64,000 nt of DNA from an uncultured bacterium (GTDB taxonomy: Bacteria; Oederibacteriota; PGYV01; CAWJRG01). The position numbers were made by a program, and so were the translations under genes. The stretch is from NCBI GenBank assembly GCA_963845185.1, contig CAWJRG010000001.1, forward strand, positions 64,001 to 128,000. Reading direction: 5' to 3'. Numbering within the stretch: position 1 is the stretch's first letter; each line of letters starts with the position of its first letter. The notes under the pieces are model-generated. The model did not search any database and was not told the origin of the DNA. It worked only from the letters and a program-made list of their open reading frames with translations. Positions 51,492 through 61,960 of the stretch are shown piece after piece.

Positions 51492-52274
51492 TTACAAACC
51501 TAATCCATGCAATATATAGTTAATAGTAAGTCCTAATAATACTCCAGCGCAACCGGCACATGCATCTTCCCACTGCTGCGTTTTTGCTGAATTCTTATAA
51601 CAATTTGTAAAACCGGTTACATAATCCGCGGATTTGCCCATAAGATATTCAGGCGGAACTTGAGGCTCTATTACTAATCCTAGAAGTATTCCTATTGGTC
51701 CAAGGAAAATCCCTGCAATACTCCAGCCAACCGCATTAACATCAATATTTCCCTTTATGGCTCCATCGTTACAGCCTGTTGTATAATCTCCAAAAACAGA
51801 AGCCATTACTTTTGAAGTATTTTCCGAAGGCGCTGTGTCTGAAGACTGTTTTAACTCTGCCGCTGTTGAGTTCGAGCCTGCAGCAGATGCATACTCATCC
51901 TTCCGTATCTCTGCTATAAATGCTCTTATCTGCTTGTCCGGTATTAGCCTCTCAGCCCGCCGGAAATAATCAAGAGCCTTGACGTAATCTTTTTGGGTGT
52001 AATTTTCGTATCCTTCATGAATAAACATCATGCTTTTTTCCTCATTAGAATCCGGCTGTTCGCCCTTTTTTAGTTTTGTCATAAATGCCTCTATTTGCCG
52101 ATCCGGCATTATTTTATCCGCCTGCTGAAAATAATCAAGAGCTTCATCGATTTTATTATCCTTATAGCTTTCGTAAGCGTCATGAATAAGTGCAAGACTT
52201 TCTTCTGCATTATTTTCAGAAAAAATAAAAACAGGAAGAACAACTATCAGTACAACAAATAAGGTTTTTTTCAT
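51492..52274 (-). CDS. Secreted TPR-like plus membrane-domain protein
   Basis: Start MKKTLF after AAGGAGA; repeats shared with 53120..53875. Confidence 0.75.
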   Translation of the reverse strand: MKKTLFVVLIVVLPVFIFSENNAEESLALIHDAYESYKDNKIDEALDYFQQADKIMPDRQIEAFMTKLKKGEQPDSNEEKSMMFIHEGYENYTQKDYVKALDYFRRAERLIPDKQIRAFIAEIRKDEYASAAGSNSTAAELKQSSDTAPSENTSKVMASVFGDYTTGCNDGAIKGNIDVNAVGWSIAGIFLGPIGILLGLVIEPQVPPEYLMGKSADYVTGFTNCYKNSAKTQQWEDACAGCAGVLLGLTINYILHGLGL

Positions 52275-52421
52275 ATTTTCTCCTTTAATAGAAGCAATAA
52301 ACTCCATTAGCTTCCTTTCTTAATATTTATCTATTTAATTATAGTGTTTTTCTAATTTATGTCAATTCGTTATCATCCAAAAAAAATAAATAATCCGCAA
52401 TTGGTATTAAAAATATATTTC

Positions 52422-52449
52422 TTGACTTAAACATTTTTTAGGATAAAAT
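52422..52449 (+). promoter_or_regulatory. Putative sigma70 promoter TTGACT-N16-TAAAAT
   Basis: Consensus-like, upstream of 52491. Confidence 0.45.
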
Positions 52450-52490
52450 TAGTGTGTTAAAAGAAAGCATAAAAAACGAAAGGAGTATGA

Positions 52491-53006
52491 ATGATGAAAA
52501 AAAATAGTTTGTTTTTTGCATTAATCGTTCTTATCTTTGCAGTTTTATTCACTTCGTGTGGTCCTGTCTTTAATTCCGCATACCTTATTAAGGCGGATTC
52601 TCCGGAAAAACAAAAAATATGCAGGGAATGCATGAATACCGCGCAGCTCACTACAAAGAATATACTTGGGTCCTGGGTTGCTATGGATGCCTGCCTGGAA
52701 ACTGAGCCTTCCATTAGCTTTATTCACGGATATGTGGAGACCAAAAATCCCAATGAAAATTCAAGAGGATTAGCTGAAGAAGACATATTAAACGATGCCG
52801 TCCAAACAGGTTTCAAATATACTTCTGCGGGCAATGACACAAGTAAGCTTATTCACTATGTTTTCAATTATAGCGGGTCTAATAACGATTTCAAACAAGT
52901 CAAAGCGCCAAATCCCGACGATAGCAGGATTAAGATTAAGGGCGATGGCTGGATAGTTTTTGAGTTTTATGAAAACAATATTAACTACGATATCTGGAAA
53001 AAATGA
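52491..53006 (+). CDS. Hypothetical lipoprotein
   Basis: AAGGAG RBS, lipobox LFTSC. Confidence 0.7.
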   Translation: MMKKNSLFFALIVLIFAVLFTSCGPVFNSAYLIKADSPEKQKICRECMNTAQLTTKNILGSWVAMDACLETEPSISFIHGYVETKNPNENSRGLAEEDILNDAVQTGFKYTSAGNDTSKLIHYVFNYSGSNNDFKQVKAPNPDDSRIKIKGDGWIVFEFYENNINYDIWKK

Positions 53007-53119
53007 ATCATTACCGGTTTTTGGCTGTTGTGGCAGAGCCGGTTTGCAGATATTTTTGTAAAAAATCACCACAGGTATAAATGGTTTTTTAAAATCAAAT
53101 TACTGCTTAAGGAGGAGAC

Positions 53120-53875
53120 ATGAATAAAATTTTATTGGCGTTACTGGCTGTTATAATCCCTGTTCTAATTTTTGCCGAGACTGAAGAAGAAAACTGGCTG
53201 GCTTATGGAAACGATATGTATGCGCAAAAAAATTATCAAAAAGCTTCTGTGGCTTTTAAAAAAGTCCTCAGTTTAAACCCGAAGAACTTCGAGGCGCTTG
53301 TTAAAGAGGGTTCCACAATGTATGCGCTGAACGACAATGAAAAAGCAGCCGATTATCTGGAACAGGCACTCGCTATAAATTCGGATCCGGAACTGGAAGC
53401 GTTCCTGGCTAAGTTAAGGCCGGATTCCCATATGTTGGGAAGGTCAAACGCTGCAGCGGAACCAACCTCAGTTGCGACAGCCGCAGCGGCTCCAAACACA
53501 TCTACAGTTCCGGCTTCATCCGTATCTTCTTCAGCAATAACTGCCGATGAAGATCAAAGCTTGGCTCTTATTCATGACGCTTACGAAAGCTATACTCAGA
53601 AAAAAACTGACGAAGCTCTTGATTACTTTCAGCAGGCGGATAAGTTGATCCCCGACCAGCAAATAAAGTCATTTATGACAAAACTGAAAAAGGGTGAGCA
53701 GCCGGCTGATAATGAAGATCAAAGTATGGCTCTTATTCACGATGCTTACGAAAGCTATATGCAGAAAAATTACAGTGAGGCTGTGGATTATTTCCAACAG
53801 GCAGAAAATCTGATTCCTGACCAGCAAATAAAGTCATTTGCGGCAAAGGTAAAAAAAATAAAGGGTCCCAAATAA
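53120..53875 (+). CDS. Secreted TPR protein
   Basis: Signal peptide, TPRs, Ala/Ser linker, duplicated SLALIHDAYESY module. Confidence 0.8.
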   Translation: MNKILLALLAVIIPVLIFAETEEENWLAYGNDMYAQKNYQKASVAFKKVLSLNPKNFEALVKEGSTMYALNDNEKAADYLEQALAINSDPELEAFLAKLRPDSHMLGRSNAAAEPTSVATAAAAPNTSTVPASSVSSSAITADEDQSLALIHDAYESYTQKKTDEALDYFQQADKLIPDQQIKSFMTKLKKGEQPADNEDQSMALIHDAYESYMQKNYSEAVDYFQQAENLIPDQQIKSFAAKVKKIKGPK

Positions 53876-54112
53876 GGTTTGAGCCTCGATATAGCGTTAA
53901 CAACGGCAAAAAGACTCATTCATTCAGGGTTGCAGTTAAAAAAAATTAACAGTTAAATTCACAACTTGTTTTTAGTCTAATAATATAATGTTTTCTTACT
54001 TTTATTTTTCAAATATATACGGCAAGCTTTGCCGCTTGACATCATATAGTTCATTATGATATAAGCTTAAAATACGTAGTTTCACGAAACATTAATGCCT
54101 AAGGAGAAAACA

Positions 54113-54304
54113 ATGGCAAAAGAATGCATCGTATGCAAAAAAAAAGCAATTTCAGGACACCTTGTGTCCCACGCCAACAATAAAACAAATACAAGGATAA
54201 AACCCAATTTGCAAAGAGTTACAATAGTTATTAAAGGAAGAGTATCCCAGGAATGGGTCTGCACAAGGTGCTTGAAAGCCGGAAAAGTCAGCAAAGCTTC
54301 ATAA
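54113..54304 (+). CDS. rpmB: 50S ribosomal protein L28 (Zn-ribbon type)
   Basis: MAKECIVCKK..VSHANNKT..KPNLQ..VCTRCLKAGKV. Confidence 0.95.
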   Translation: MAKECIVCKKKAISGHLVSHANNKTNTRIKPNLQRVTIVIKGRVSQEWVCTRCLKAGKVSKAS

Positions 54305-54497
54305 TTTCCTAATTTTGTATTTTTAATGCCTGTTAAACTATTTAAAAATTTATCAAATGCAGAATATTATTTATTATAAGTTCTCATTCCCGTGGTATTA
54401 TGGCATATAATAGACTATCCAGCAAAAAAACCATAAAAACTAGTAATTTTTTGGTTTTATGTGACAAAACTAATCTGTTTTTACCGCCTGCTAACAG

Positions 54498-54525
54498 TTG
54501 ACTTTTAAATTAATATTGTTATAAT
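54498..54525 (+). promoter_or_regulatory. Putative sigma70 promoter TTGACT-N16-TATAAT (extended -10)
   Basis: Near-consensus. Confidence 0.55.
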
Positions 54526-54570
54526 TTATCTATGTTTGGAATTATTCAAAAACTTAAAAAGGAGGAAAAG

Positions 54571-54903
54571 ATGAAAAAGATATTTCTGGTTTTTCTTGCA
54601 GTACTTATTGTTTTTGTTTTTATGTCGTGCTCTACAGTAAAAGTTGCAACACCAAACAATTCCTTTGCTTATCTAATGCCCGACCAGGCAAAATGGCAGG
54701 TAAAGGAAGTCCGCAGTAAAATGAATTTTTATATTTTATGGGGGCTTATACCGCTCGGTGATAATAGTTCACAAGACCTTATTCGGCCGAAAGAGAAAGT
54801 CAGGGTAACCACATCCGTGACCATCGTAAATTGGATTCTTAACTGCATTATAGGTTGTGTTACACTTAGCACAAACACTACTGAAGTAGAGGTTATTAAA
54901 TAA
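54571..54903 (+). CDS. Bor/TRL-like lipoprotein
   Basis: Lipobox FMSC, YILWGLIP, C-terminal TTEVEV; AGGAGG RBS. Confidence 0.65.
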   Translation: MKKIFLVFLAVLIVFVFMSCSTVKVATPNNSFAYLMPDQAKWQVKEVRSKMNFYILWGLIPLGDNSSQDLIRPKEKVRVTTSVTIVNWILNCIIGCVTLSTNTTEVEVIK

Positions 54904-54916
54904 CCTACAGCGTTAG

Positions 54917-54952
54917 AAAAAGGGGCGGCTATTTATTAGCCGCCCCTTTTTT
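54917..54952. terminator. Bidirectional intrinsic terminator
   Basis: AAAAAGGGGCGGCTA..TAGCCGCCCCTTTTTT between convergent genes. Confidence 0.88.
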
Positions 54953-55048
54953 ATTTACAGGCTATTGAATAAAACTTATAGTGAATTTTAAAATAATAAA
55001 ACCAGGGCATACAGCGAATGCGCGCAAATGAAGAAAAGCACGGAGTTG

Positions 55049-57187
55049 TTACACATCTATTCTTTCCACTGTCGATAAGTCCTTAACTTTCCTTAATAAA
55101 TTCATTATTTCATTAACATGCGCCTGACTTTTTACTTTCAGTGTCAATTCTCCTGTCAGGCTGCCGTCGCTCGCCGCATGTGAATTTAACGATGTCACAA
55201 AAGCACTATTATGGTTTACTGCATTTAAAACATCATTTAAAAGCCCTTCCCTGTTTTTCCCTGTTATCTTTATCCTGCTTTTAAAATAGCTGCTGACTTC
55301 ATCGCCCCAATTTACAGCGACAAACGGCGCTATGGGCTTGTTTGAATCAAGGGTCTGACAATTTTTCCTGTGTATTGAAATACCCCTTTTAGTAAATATT
55401 CCTGTGATGTCGTCCCCGGGCACCGGATTGCAGCACTTGGCGAACCTGTAAGCGATGTCCGAATATTCGCCCTGCACTATTATCTCACCCTTTACTGTTT
55501 TCTTCTGAGCATCAGTCGCGGGCGCTGTCTGCTTTATTTTTTCTGTAATCATATTGACTATATTATTCGCTATTTTAGCCTCGGAAAATTCGCCGTAACC
55601 CACTGCAGCCAGTAAATCTTCGTCTTCTTTTAAATTGTAATTCTCCTTAATTTTTAACCATATTTCTTTCGGCACGTCGTCGAGCTTAATGTCCTGCTTT
55701 AGAAGTTTCCCGGCAATAAGGTCTTTTCCCTTTTCTATGTTCTCCTTCATATTCTGGTTTGTCCTCAGCCAGTGCCTGATTCTGTTTTTTGCCTTTGTTG
55801 TTTTTACCGCTTTAAGCCAGTCAATTGTAGGGTGTTGCGTTGAAGATGTGACAACCTCGGCTATATCGCCATTTTTGAGCTGATATTTTATATTAACCCA
55901 TTTGCCGTTTACTTTCCCGCCCGCGCATGTGTCGCCCAGGTTTGAATGTATGCTGTATGCGAAATCCAGCAGTGTCGCGCCTGCTACAAGTTCTTTTACT
56001 TCTCCCTTTGGTGTGAAAACAAAAACTTCCTCTTCAAACAGGTCGAGCTTTAATTCCTTAATAAATTCATCCGCGCCTTTTAAGTTCCCCTGCCACTCCA
56101 GCACCTGCCTTATCCACGCGAATGTAGTATCTGTTTCCTTGTCAAAGGGTTTTTGCTCTTTATAGCTCCAATGCGCGGCTATCCCATCTTCCGCGCCTTT
56201 TTCCATGTCGTATGTCCGTATCTGAAATTCAATAGGCTTGCCCTTCTCGTCGAGCACCGTGGTGTGAAGCGACTGGTACATGTTTGACTTAGGCATTGCT
56301 ATATAATCCTTAAACCTTCCGGGTATAGGCTTCCACATTTTATGTATTATACCTACGGCAGAATAACATTTGCTCACGTCATCGGTTATCACGCGTATGC
56401 CTAGCAGGTCGTAGATTTCCTCGAAACTTTTGTTGTCTTTTTCCATTTTCTGGTAAATGCTGTAAAAATGCTTGGGCCTGCCTGTTATTTCCGCTTTTAT
56501 GCCGGCGGTTTCAAGCTCTTTTCCTACCTGCGATTTTATTTCTATTACGCGCCTTTCGCGTCCTTCTTTTTTCTCAGATATTTTTATAGCTATTTCCCTG
56601 TAAGCCGCCGGGTTTAATATCGAGAACGCTACATCTTCAAGCTCTGCCTTGACCTTTGCCATGCCGAACCTGTGCGCAAGCGGCGCATAAATATTAAGTG
56701 TCTCGTCAGCTATAATTTTCCGCCTGTCCTCCGGCAGGTATTTTATCGTCCTCATGTTATGAAGCCTGTCCGCGAGCTTTATTATTACTATCCTTATGTC
56801 GTTTGCCATGGCAAGGAACATCTTGCGCAGGGAATCGCTGAAAATTTCTCCCTTTGACTGGAAAACTTTAGCCGTTACATGGGTAAGCGCCTCTACAAGG
56901 AAAGCCACCTCCTCGCCCGCTATGCTTTTTATTTTTTCAGGCGTGCTTCCCGTGTCTTCTATTACGTCGTGTAAAAGCCCGGCGCTTATTGTAACCGCGT
57001 CCATTTTCATTTCTTTTAAAATTTTCGCTACTTCAATGCTGTGGGTTATATACGGCTCGCCCGACATCCTCGTCTGTCCGGCATGAGCGGATTTCGCGAA
57101 CTCGTATGATTTTCTTATAAGTTCCCTGTCTTTTTCGTCAAAACCCTCAATGACATCCTTTATTTCATGGTATGTTTCTTCCGTCAT
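55049..57187 (-). CDS. rel: Bifunctional (p)ppGpp synthetase/hydrolase (long RSH)
   Basis: LLHDVIED, KLADRLHNMRT, RFKDYIA..YQSLHT, TGS, CCNPVPGD, ACT domains. Confidence 0.96.
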   Translation of the reverse strand: MTEETYHEIKDVIEGFDEKDRELIRKSYEFAKSAHAGQTRMSGEPYITHSIEVAKILKEMKMDAVTISAGLLHDVIEDTGSTPEKIKSIAGEEVAFLVEALTHVTAKVFQSKGEIFSDSLRKMFLAMANDIRIVIIKLADRLHNMRTIKYLPEDRRKIIADETLNIYAPLAHRFGMAKVKAELEDVAFSILNPAAYREIAIKISEKKEGRERRVIEIKSQVGKELETAGIKAEITGRPKHFYSIYQKMEKDNKSFEEIYDLLGIRVITDDVSKCYSAVGIIHKMWKPIPGRFKDYIAMPKSNMYQSLHTTVLDEKGKPIEFQIRTYDMEKGAEDGIAAHWSYKEQKPFDKETDTTFAWIRQVLEWQGNLKGADEFIKELKLDLFEEEVFVFTPKGEVKELVAGATLLDFAYSIHSNLGDTCAGGKVNGKWVNIKYQLKNGDIAEVVTSSTQHPTIDWLKAVKTTKAKNRIRHWLRTNQNMKENIEKGKDLIAGKLLKQDIKLDDVPKEIWLKIKENYNLKEDEDLLAAVGYGEFSEAKIANNIVNMITEKIKQTAPATDAQKKTVKGEIIVQGEYSDIAYRFAKCCNPVPGDDITGIFTKRGISIHRKNCQTLDSNKPIAPFVAVNWGDEVSSYFKSRIKITGKNREGLLNDVLNAVNHNSAFVTSLNSHAASDGSLTGELTLKVKSQAHVNEIMNLLRKVKDLSTVERIDV

Positions 57188-57190
57188 GAT

Positions 57191-57844
57191 TTAACGCAGC
57201 GCCTCCTCGCACTCTTTGTCTATGCGCAGCATTTCTTCCTGCAGCCTTTTCCTGTATATTTCAATGTCCGCCGTGCCAGCCGGGACCTTAAGCGGCTTGC
57301 CGAACACTACAACGCCTTTTGTAAATGGCAGCGGTATCAAAAACCTGTCCCAGGAACCGAGCTGCATTTTCCACTTCGCATCAAAAGCAAAAGGCACTAT
57401 TTCCTTTCCTGTCAATTTCGCGAGGTACAGTATTCCGTTACCTACTGTATTCCTAGGCCCGCGTGGACCGTCCACTGTTATCGCTATGTCCCTGCCTTCA
57501 TCTGCCAGTTTCTTTAAATACATCAGCGCTTTTGCCCCGCCCCTTGTCGTCGAGCCGCGCACAGCAAAAAAACCGAAGCGTTTAACCATTTCAGCGGCTA
57601 TCTCCCCGTCCTTATGCATGGACGCCAGAACTACTGCGTTAAAATTCCTGTAAAAATGCAGGCTCGCGAGCATCCTGGAATGCCAGAAAGCGAATAAATA
57701 ATTGCCTTTATTTTTTTGGTAAGGGCTTAATCCGGCTCCGTTTAGTTCTTTAAAACGGTAGGTAAAAGCTATTATTTTATAAACAAAAGCCGCGAGCGGT
57801 ATGGCAATCTTGAAAAGTAAAAAATCAGAAAAATCTTTTTTCAT
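57191..57844 (-). CDS. Lysophospholipid acyltransferase family protein (DUF374)
   Basis: FWHSR, HKDGE, VRGSTTRGG, DGPRGP, SWDRFLIPLPF. Confidence 0.9.
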   Translation of the reverse strand: MKKDFSDFLLFKIAIPLAAFVYKIIAFTYRFKELNGAGLSPYQKNKGNYLFAFWHSRMLASLHFYRNFNAVVLASMHKDGEIAAEMVKRFGFFAVRGSTTRGGAKALMYLKKLADEGRDIAITVDGPRGPRNTVGNGILYLAKLTGKEIVPFAFDAKWKMQLGSWDRFLIPLPFTKGVVVFGKPLKVPAGTADIEIYRKRLQEEMLRIDKECEEALR

Positions 57845-57892
57845 ATAAAGTTAAAGTTTTTCTCCTTCCCTGCTTGAAAAATCATTACAAAT

Positions 57893-57924
57893 AAAAAAGG
57901 GTGCGGCATTCACCGCACCCTTTT
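57893..57924 (-). terminator. Intrinsic terminator
   Basis: AAAAAAGGGTGCGG..CCGCACCCTTTT after the LysM gene. Confidence 0.85.
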
Positions 57925-57951
57925 GCCTGCATATATGTTTTAAATTATTCG

Positions 57952-58626
57952 TCAGCTTTTATTGGCTTCCTCTTCGTCTTCATCTTTCTTTCTTTGCATT
58001 GTCAAGAATATGGTTATGCCTGCGCCAAAGCACGCAAGAACTAGTATTACCAGCATCATATTAATACCGCCCTTTTTCTGCGCGCCCTTTGGCGGTTCAG
58101 GTATTGGCGTGGGCTGCTCTTCCATCGTTCCTTCCTCGGAACCGGCTGCTTTGCCTGCCTTGGACGCTAAATGCGTTTTGCTCCCGGCCTGCTCCTCTTT
58201 ATTTACAAGGCCTGCAACTTCGCCTTCTCTCTTTTCCTTTGGCGGCACGCCAAGTTCCATCGCTCTTTCTTTTGCCGCTTCTATTTCAACCGCGCTGACA
58301 TTGCGCGGGATTATTAATTTTTGGCCTTCTTTGACGTCTTTATAGGAATTTAAAATATCCCTGTTTGCATCATAAATCAGCGGCCACTGCCACTTTGTCC
58401 CGTAAATACTGGCTTTCTGGGAAATACCCCACAGGGTATTGCCAGCCTTGACGTCATAAGTTGTCGGCAACTCTTCTTTCTGTACTTCCTTTGATTCCTC
58501 GTTTATTTCCTGGTTTTCGTCTGCAGCGCCGTTTATCTGCTGGCTTTTCCCGCCTCCGCAGCCTGCAAAAATCAGCAATCCTGTTATGAAAAATCCCGTA
58601 GTCAAAAGCGTAAAAAATTTCTTCAT
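57952..58626 (-). CDS. LysM-domain lipoprotein with a C-terminal TM helix
   Basis: Lipobox FAGC; YDVKAGNTLWGIS..WPLIYDAN..GQKLIIP. Confidence 0.88.
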   Translation of the reverse strand: MKKFFTLLTTGFFITGLLIFAGCGGGKSQQINGAADENQEINEESKEVQKEELPTTYDVKAGNTLWGISQKASIYGTKWQWPLIYDANRDILNSYKDVKEGQKLIIPRNVSAVEIEAAKERAMELGVPPKEKREGEVAGLVNKEEQAGSKTHLASKAGKAAGSEEGTMEEQPTPIPEPPKGAQKKGGINMMLVILVLACFGAGITIFLTMQRKKDEDEEEANKS

Positions 58627-58669
58627 GCTTTCCTCCTGTTAATTATTTGAATATTTCTTGATTTTTTAA

Positions 58670-58697
58670 ATTATAACATTTTAGCCCCTCTTGTCAA
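58670..58697 (-). promoter_or_regulatory. sigma70 promoter TTGACA-N16-TATAAT
   Basis: Perfect hexamers plus TG extension upstream of the LysM gene. Confidence 0.7.
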
Positions 58698-58726
58698 GAT
58701 TTTAATATTTGGCGCTATTTTTACAT

Positions 58727-60254
58727 TTATACAGTGCCCTTTCTGTCCAGCTTTGTCGGGTCAGTATAAAGCACCCCGTATTTTTTGGATATCATATTCG
58801 ACGAAATCCTGCCTGATTCGTATATGGTAGGCAGTCCCGAACCCGGATGCGTGCCTCCGCCCACAAGATAAACATTATCAAGGCATTCAAACCGGTTTCT
58901 TGGCCTGAAATAAAGCATCTGCTGAAGATTATGTCCCAGGTTAAATGTGGCTCCGTAGTACACATTCAGGTCGTCGCGCCAGGTGTCAGGCGTGTAAATC
59001 TTTTCCACCTCAATGTTTTCCCTCAAGTCCTTCATCTCTGTGCGCTTTACAACCTCATCAAGCACCCTTTCCTTAAAGGCATCTTTTTCTTTTTCCCAAT
59101 CTATATTTGCTTTTAGATTTGCCACTGGCACTAATATGTATATGGTTGATTTGCCTTCAGGCGCCAGCGTAGGGTCGGTCATTGACGCGTTCTGTACATA
59201 AAATGATATTCTGGTCGGAAAGTATAAGACGCGTGAATATATCCTCCACGTTCTTCCTGTAATCCTTGGCAAAAAATACATTATGATGTGGAAAATTGTA
59301 CTTTTTCTTCACGCCCAGGTATAACATAAATGTAGAACATGAATATTTTCTCTTTGCCAGTTTCCCCGGACTGTATTTTTTAACGCACTTTTTATCCATA
59401 AGGGCCGTGGCAGCATATGAAAAATCAGCGTTAACTATGACTTCGTCCGCGTTTATCATTGTGCCGTCTTCAAGCTCGATTCCTTTTACTGACTTACCTT
59501 CATTTACAAGCCTTTTAACTTTTGTGTTGAGCCTTAACCTGCCGCCTTCTTCCTCAAATACCTTTGCCATGGCCTGGGATATTTTATTCAACCCGCCCAT
59601 GACATGGTATATCCCCCACGCATGCTCTATAAATGCCACCATGGCAAAAGCCGCCGGGCATTCCCATGCCGACATCCCCAGATATTTTGACTGAAAGGTG
59701 AAACAGAACTTTAGGTTGTCGATTTCAAAATACCTTCCAAGCGCCTGAAACACGCTCAAATGAAGGTCAAGTTTAGGAACGGCCTTTAAAAAAGGATTAA
59801 CAAGCATATCCTTGAACGAACTGTACGGTTTCTGCAGGCACGGGAAAAGGTAGTCAAACCTTTCCTTCTCTTTTTTCAGGAATTTCTTCAGACCGCCTTC
59901 CTATCCGGGAAACTCCCTTTTTATCTCTAATTCCATCTTATCATGGTCGTCATAAGCCCTGATTTCGTTGTCGTAAAATTTCAGCCTGTACATAGGGTCG
60001 AGCCGCCTGAAATCAAGGTAATCTTTTGCCTTCCTGCCTGTTTCCTCAAACATCTCTTCAAGGATAAAATTCATCATCAAAAAAGTAGGGCCGATATCAA
60101 AAGTAAACCCGTTAATTTTAATCGGCGCGTTCCTGCCGCCGGCAATAGGTTCTTTTTCAAATATTTCCACATCAAATCCCCTGTGTGCCAGTATCATGCC
60201 TGCCGTTAAACCGCCAGGCCCAGCTCCTACTATAGCTATCTTTTTCTTTTCCAT
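58727..60254 (-). pseudogene. crtI: Phytoene desaturase family (CrtI/CrtN) with an in-frame TAG (59901-59903) and a 1-nt frameshift near 59209
   Basis: IVGAGPGGL..FDIGPT, GGLNKIS, YSCSTFMLYLG, GGGTHPGSGLPTI spread across three ORF fragments. Confidence 0.85.
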
Positions 60255-60279
60255 TTTTCCTCCAAAATAATAATTATAA

Positions 60280-60738
60280 TTAAAAATTAAAATTCATTCT
60301 TAACCCTAAGGTACACACATTCATTTCTTGATCCGTGTAGCTAAACGGTGTAATAAATAATATATTACTAAATTTTGACTCATCTAGCAATCCTGATATC
60401 CAATTGTAAGTCCCCCATAACGAAAGAACGATTCCGACAGTAGCAGCCGCGATTATCCATGTCATATTATTTTTTAATATATTCGTTGTTCCTTGGCCAT
60501 AAAATGAGTTCATCGAGTTCGTCATGCTCTGAAAAGACCAATAATAAAAATCTGCTCCCAGGATTATGCAGCCGCCGCCCGTCATTAAAATCCCTGAAAA
60601 TATTTTTACGTTATCAGCTTTGATTTCATTCTTTATTTGCTCTTGGCTAAGGGTTGTTCCCTCATCAGCAGCAATAACCGGTAGAGAAAAAACGATGACT
60701 ATGGAAAAAACTAGAATTACTATTACTAATTTCCTCAT
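60280..60738 (-). CDS. Hypothetical secreted/membrane protein
   Basis: AAGGAG RBS, signal peptide, two hydrophobic segments, terminal Phe. Confidence 0.7.
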   Translation of the reverse strand: MRKLVIVILVFSIVIVFSLPVIAADEGTTLSQEQIKNEIKADNVKIFSGILMTGGGCIILGADFYYWSFQSMTNSMNSFYGQGTTNILKNNMTWIIAAATVGIVLSLWGTYNWISGLLDESKFSNILFITPFSYTDQEMNVCTLGLRMNFNF

Positions 60739-60864
60739 TTTCCCACTCCTTTGATTATTTTTTTATGTCATAAAATTTTATTATAAAAATAAAGTTTTAA
60801 AAGTTTGTTTTATTTGTGCTGGTAAATTTGTATTAAAACAAATATATTTTATAAAATTTATTTT

Positions 60865-61872
60865 TTAGAATTGCACGTTCAGGCCGATTTTATTGTTATT
60901 CCCCAGTACCCCGTATGGTATAAACACATAGTCAAGCCCGTAGGAAATTTCCCCGGCCTTCATTGAAAATCCGGCTCCCAGTGAAAGCCCGCTAGCTGTC
61001 CTGTCAACAAAGTTAAGGTCTTCCCCTGCCCTTAGCGCAAAATTATAATTACCCAAAACTGCCTGCAGATATTCAGCACCTACCTTTACGTCTGCTCCAT
61101 AGCTGAGCCCGTACCCTGTGTCCAGGCTCACGCGTACACGGTTGTTCTCCACAACCATGTTTTTCCACTGCGAATACGCTCCTATGTTAAATGTCATCGG
61201 CGTTATGCCGTTTTCAAAGCTTGTCCCGAGGTTCATGCACGATATACCGAACCCTATCTTGTTCCATATCATTTCTCCCCTGTTCTCCATAAAATCCGCT
61301 TCCTGCAGTGTTATTGTATATATCGCTCCTATGTCTGCTGTTATCCCTGTATTGCTGTATGCGTTTCCAAGGCTCTCTCCGCTCACCTTGAGCTCCATGC
61401 CAAGGTCTATATTTTTTAATGCATCGCTTTTCGTGAATTTATCCAGGCTGCTCCCGTATGCAACTCCTAACAGATAATCATAGCTCCCCACCGTTGCCCC
61501 CTGTCCTCCGTATGTGCCGTTTACGTTCTCGTTTGTCTGCGTGATTTTCCCGCCTGATAGGTACTTAAACGCCGCCCCTATTGTCCCGGCTCCTTCCAGC
61601 GCCTGCTCGTAATAGCCCGAATCAAAAAATACGTCTTCAAAATATATGTCGTGAATAAACGATGCCTCGTGCGCGCCCATAAGTCCAAGCCCTGCAGGGT
61701 TTATGTCAAGCGCGTCTGTATCGTCGCACACTGCTGTGTATGCCCCTCCCATGGACTGGCTTATTATTCCTGCTGGTACTTTCAGGATATCTATTGCTCC
61801 TGTACCCGGCCCTGCTTTTATCAGGCTTATTGCCGTCATCACCGCTATTGCTGTTATTACGATTCTTTTCAC
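60865..61872 (-). CDS. PorV/PorQ-like (UPF0164) outer-membrane beta-barrel
   Basis: ILKVPAG..SMGGAYTAV.DD..L.INPAGL; C-terminal LDYVFIPYGVLGN..IGLNVQF. Confidence 0.8.
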   Translation of the reverse strand: MKRIVITAIAVMTAISLIKAGPGTGAIDILKVPAGIISQSMGGAYTAVCDDTDALDINPAGLGLMGAHEASFIHDIYFEDVFFDSGYYEQALEGAGTIGAAFKYLSGGKITQTNENVNGTYGGQGATVGSYDYLLGVAYGSSLDKFTKSDALKNIDLGMELKVSGESLGNAYSNTGITADIGAIYTITLQEADFMENRGEMIWNKIGFGISCMNLGTSFENGITPMTFNIGAYSQWKNMVVENNRVRVSLDTGYGLSYGADVKVGAEYLQAVLGNYNFALRAGEDLNFVDRTASGLSLGAGFSMKAGEISYGLDYVFIPYGVLGNNNKIGLNVQF

Positions 61873-61960
61873 TTTTTACTCCTTATAGTCCGTTGATTTT
61901 GCCAAGCATATCTTTTGCGAAGCCAAAAATCTTATGGACTCTTGTACCCGAAGTGGTACT

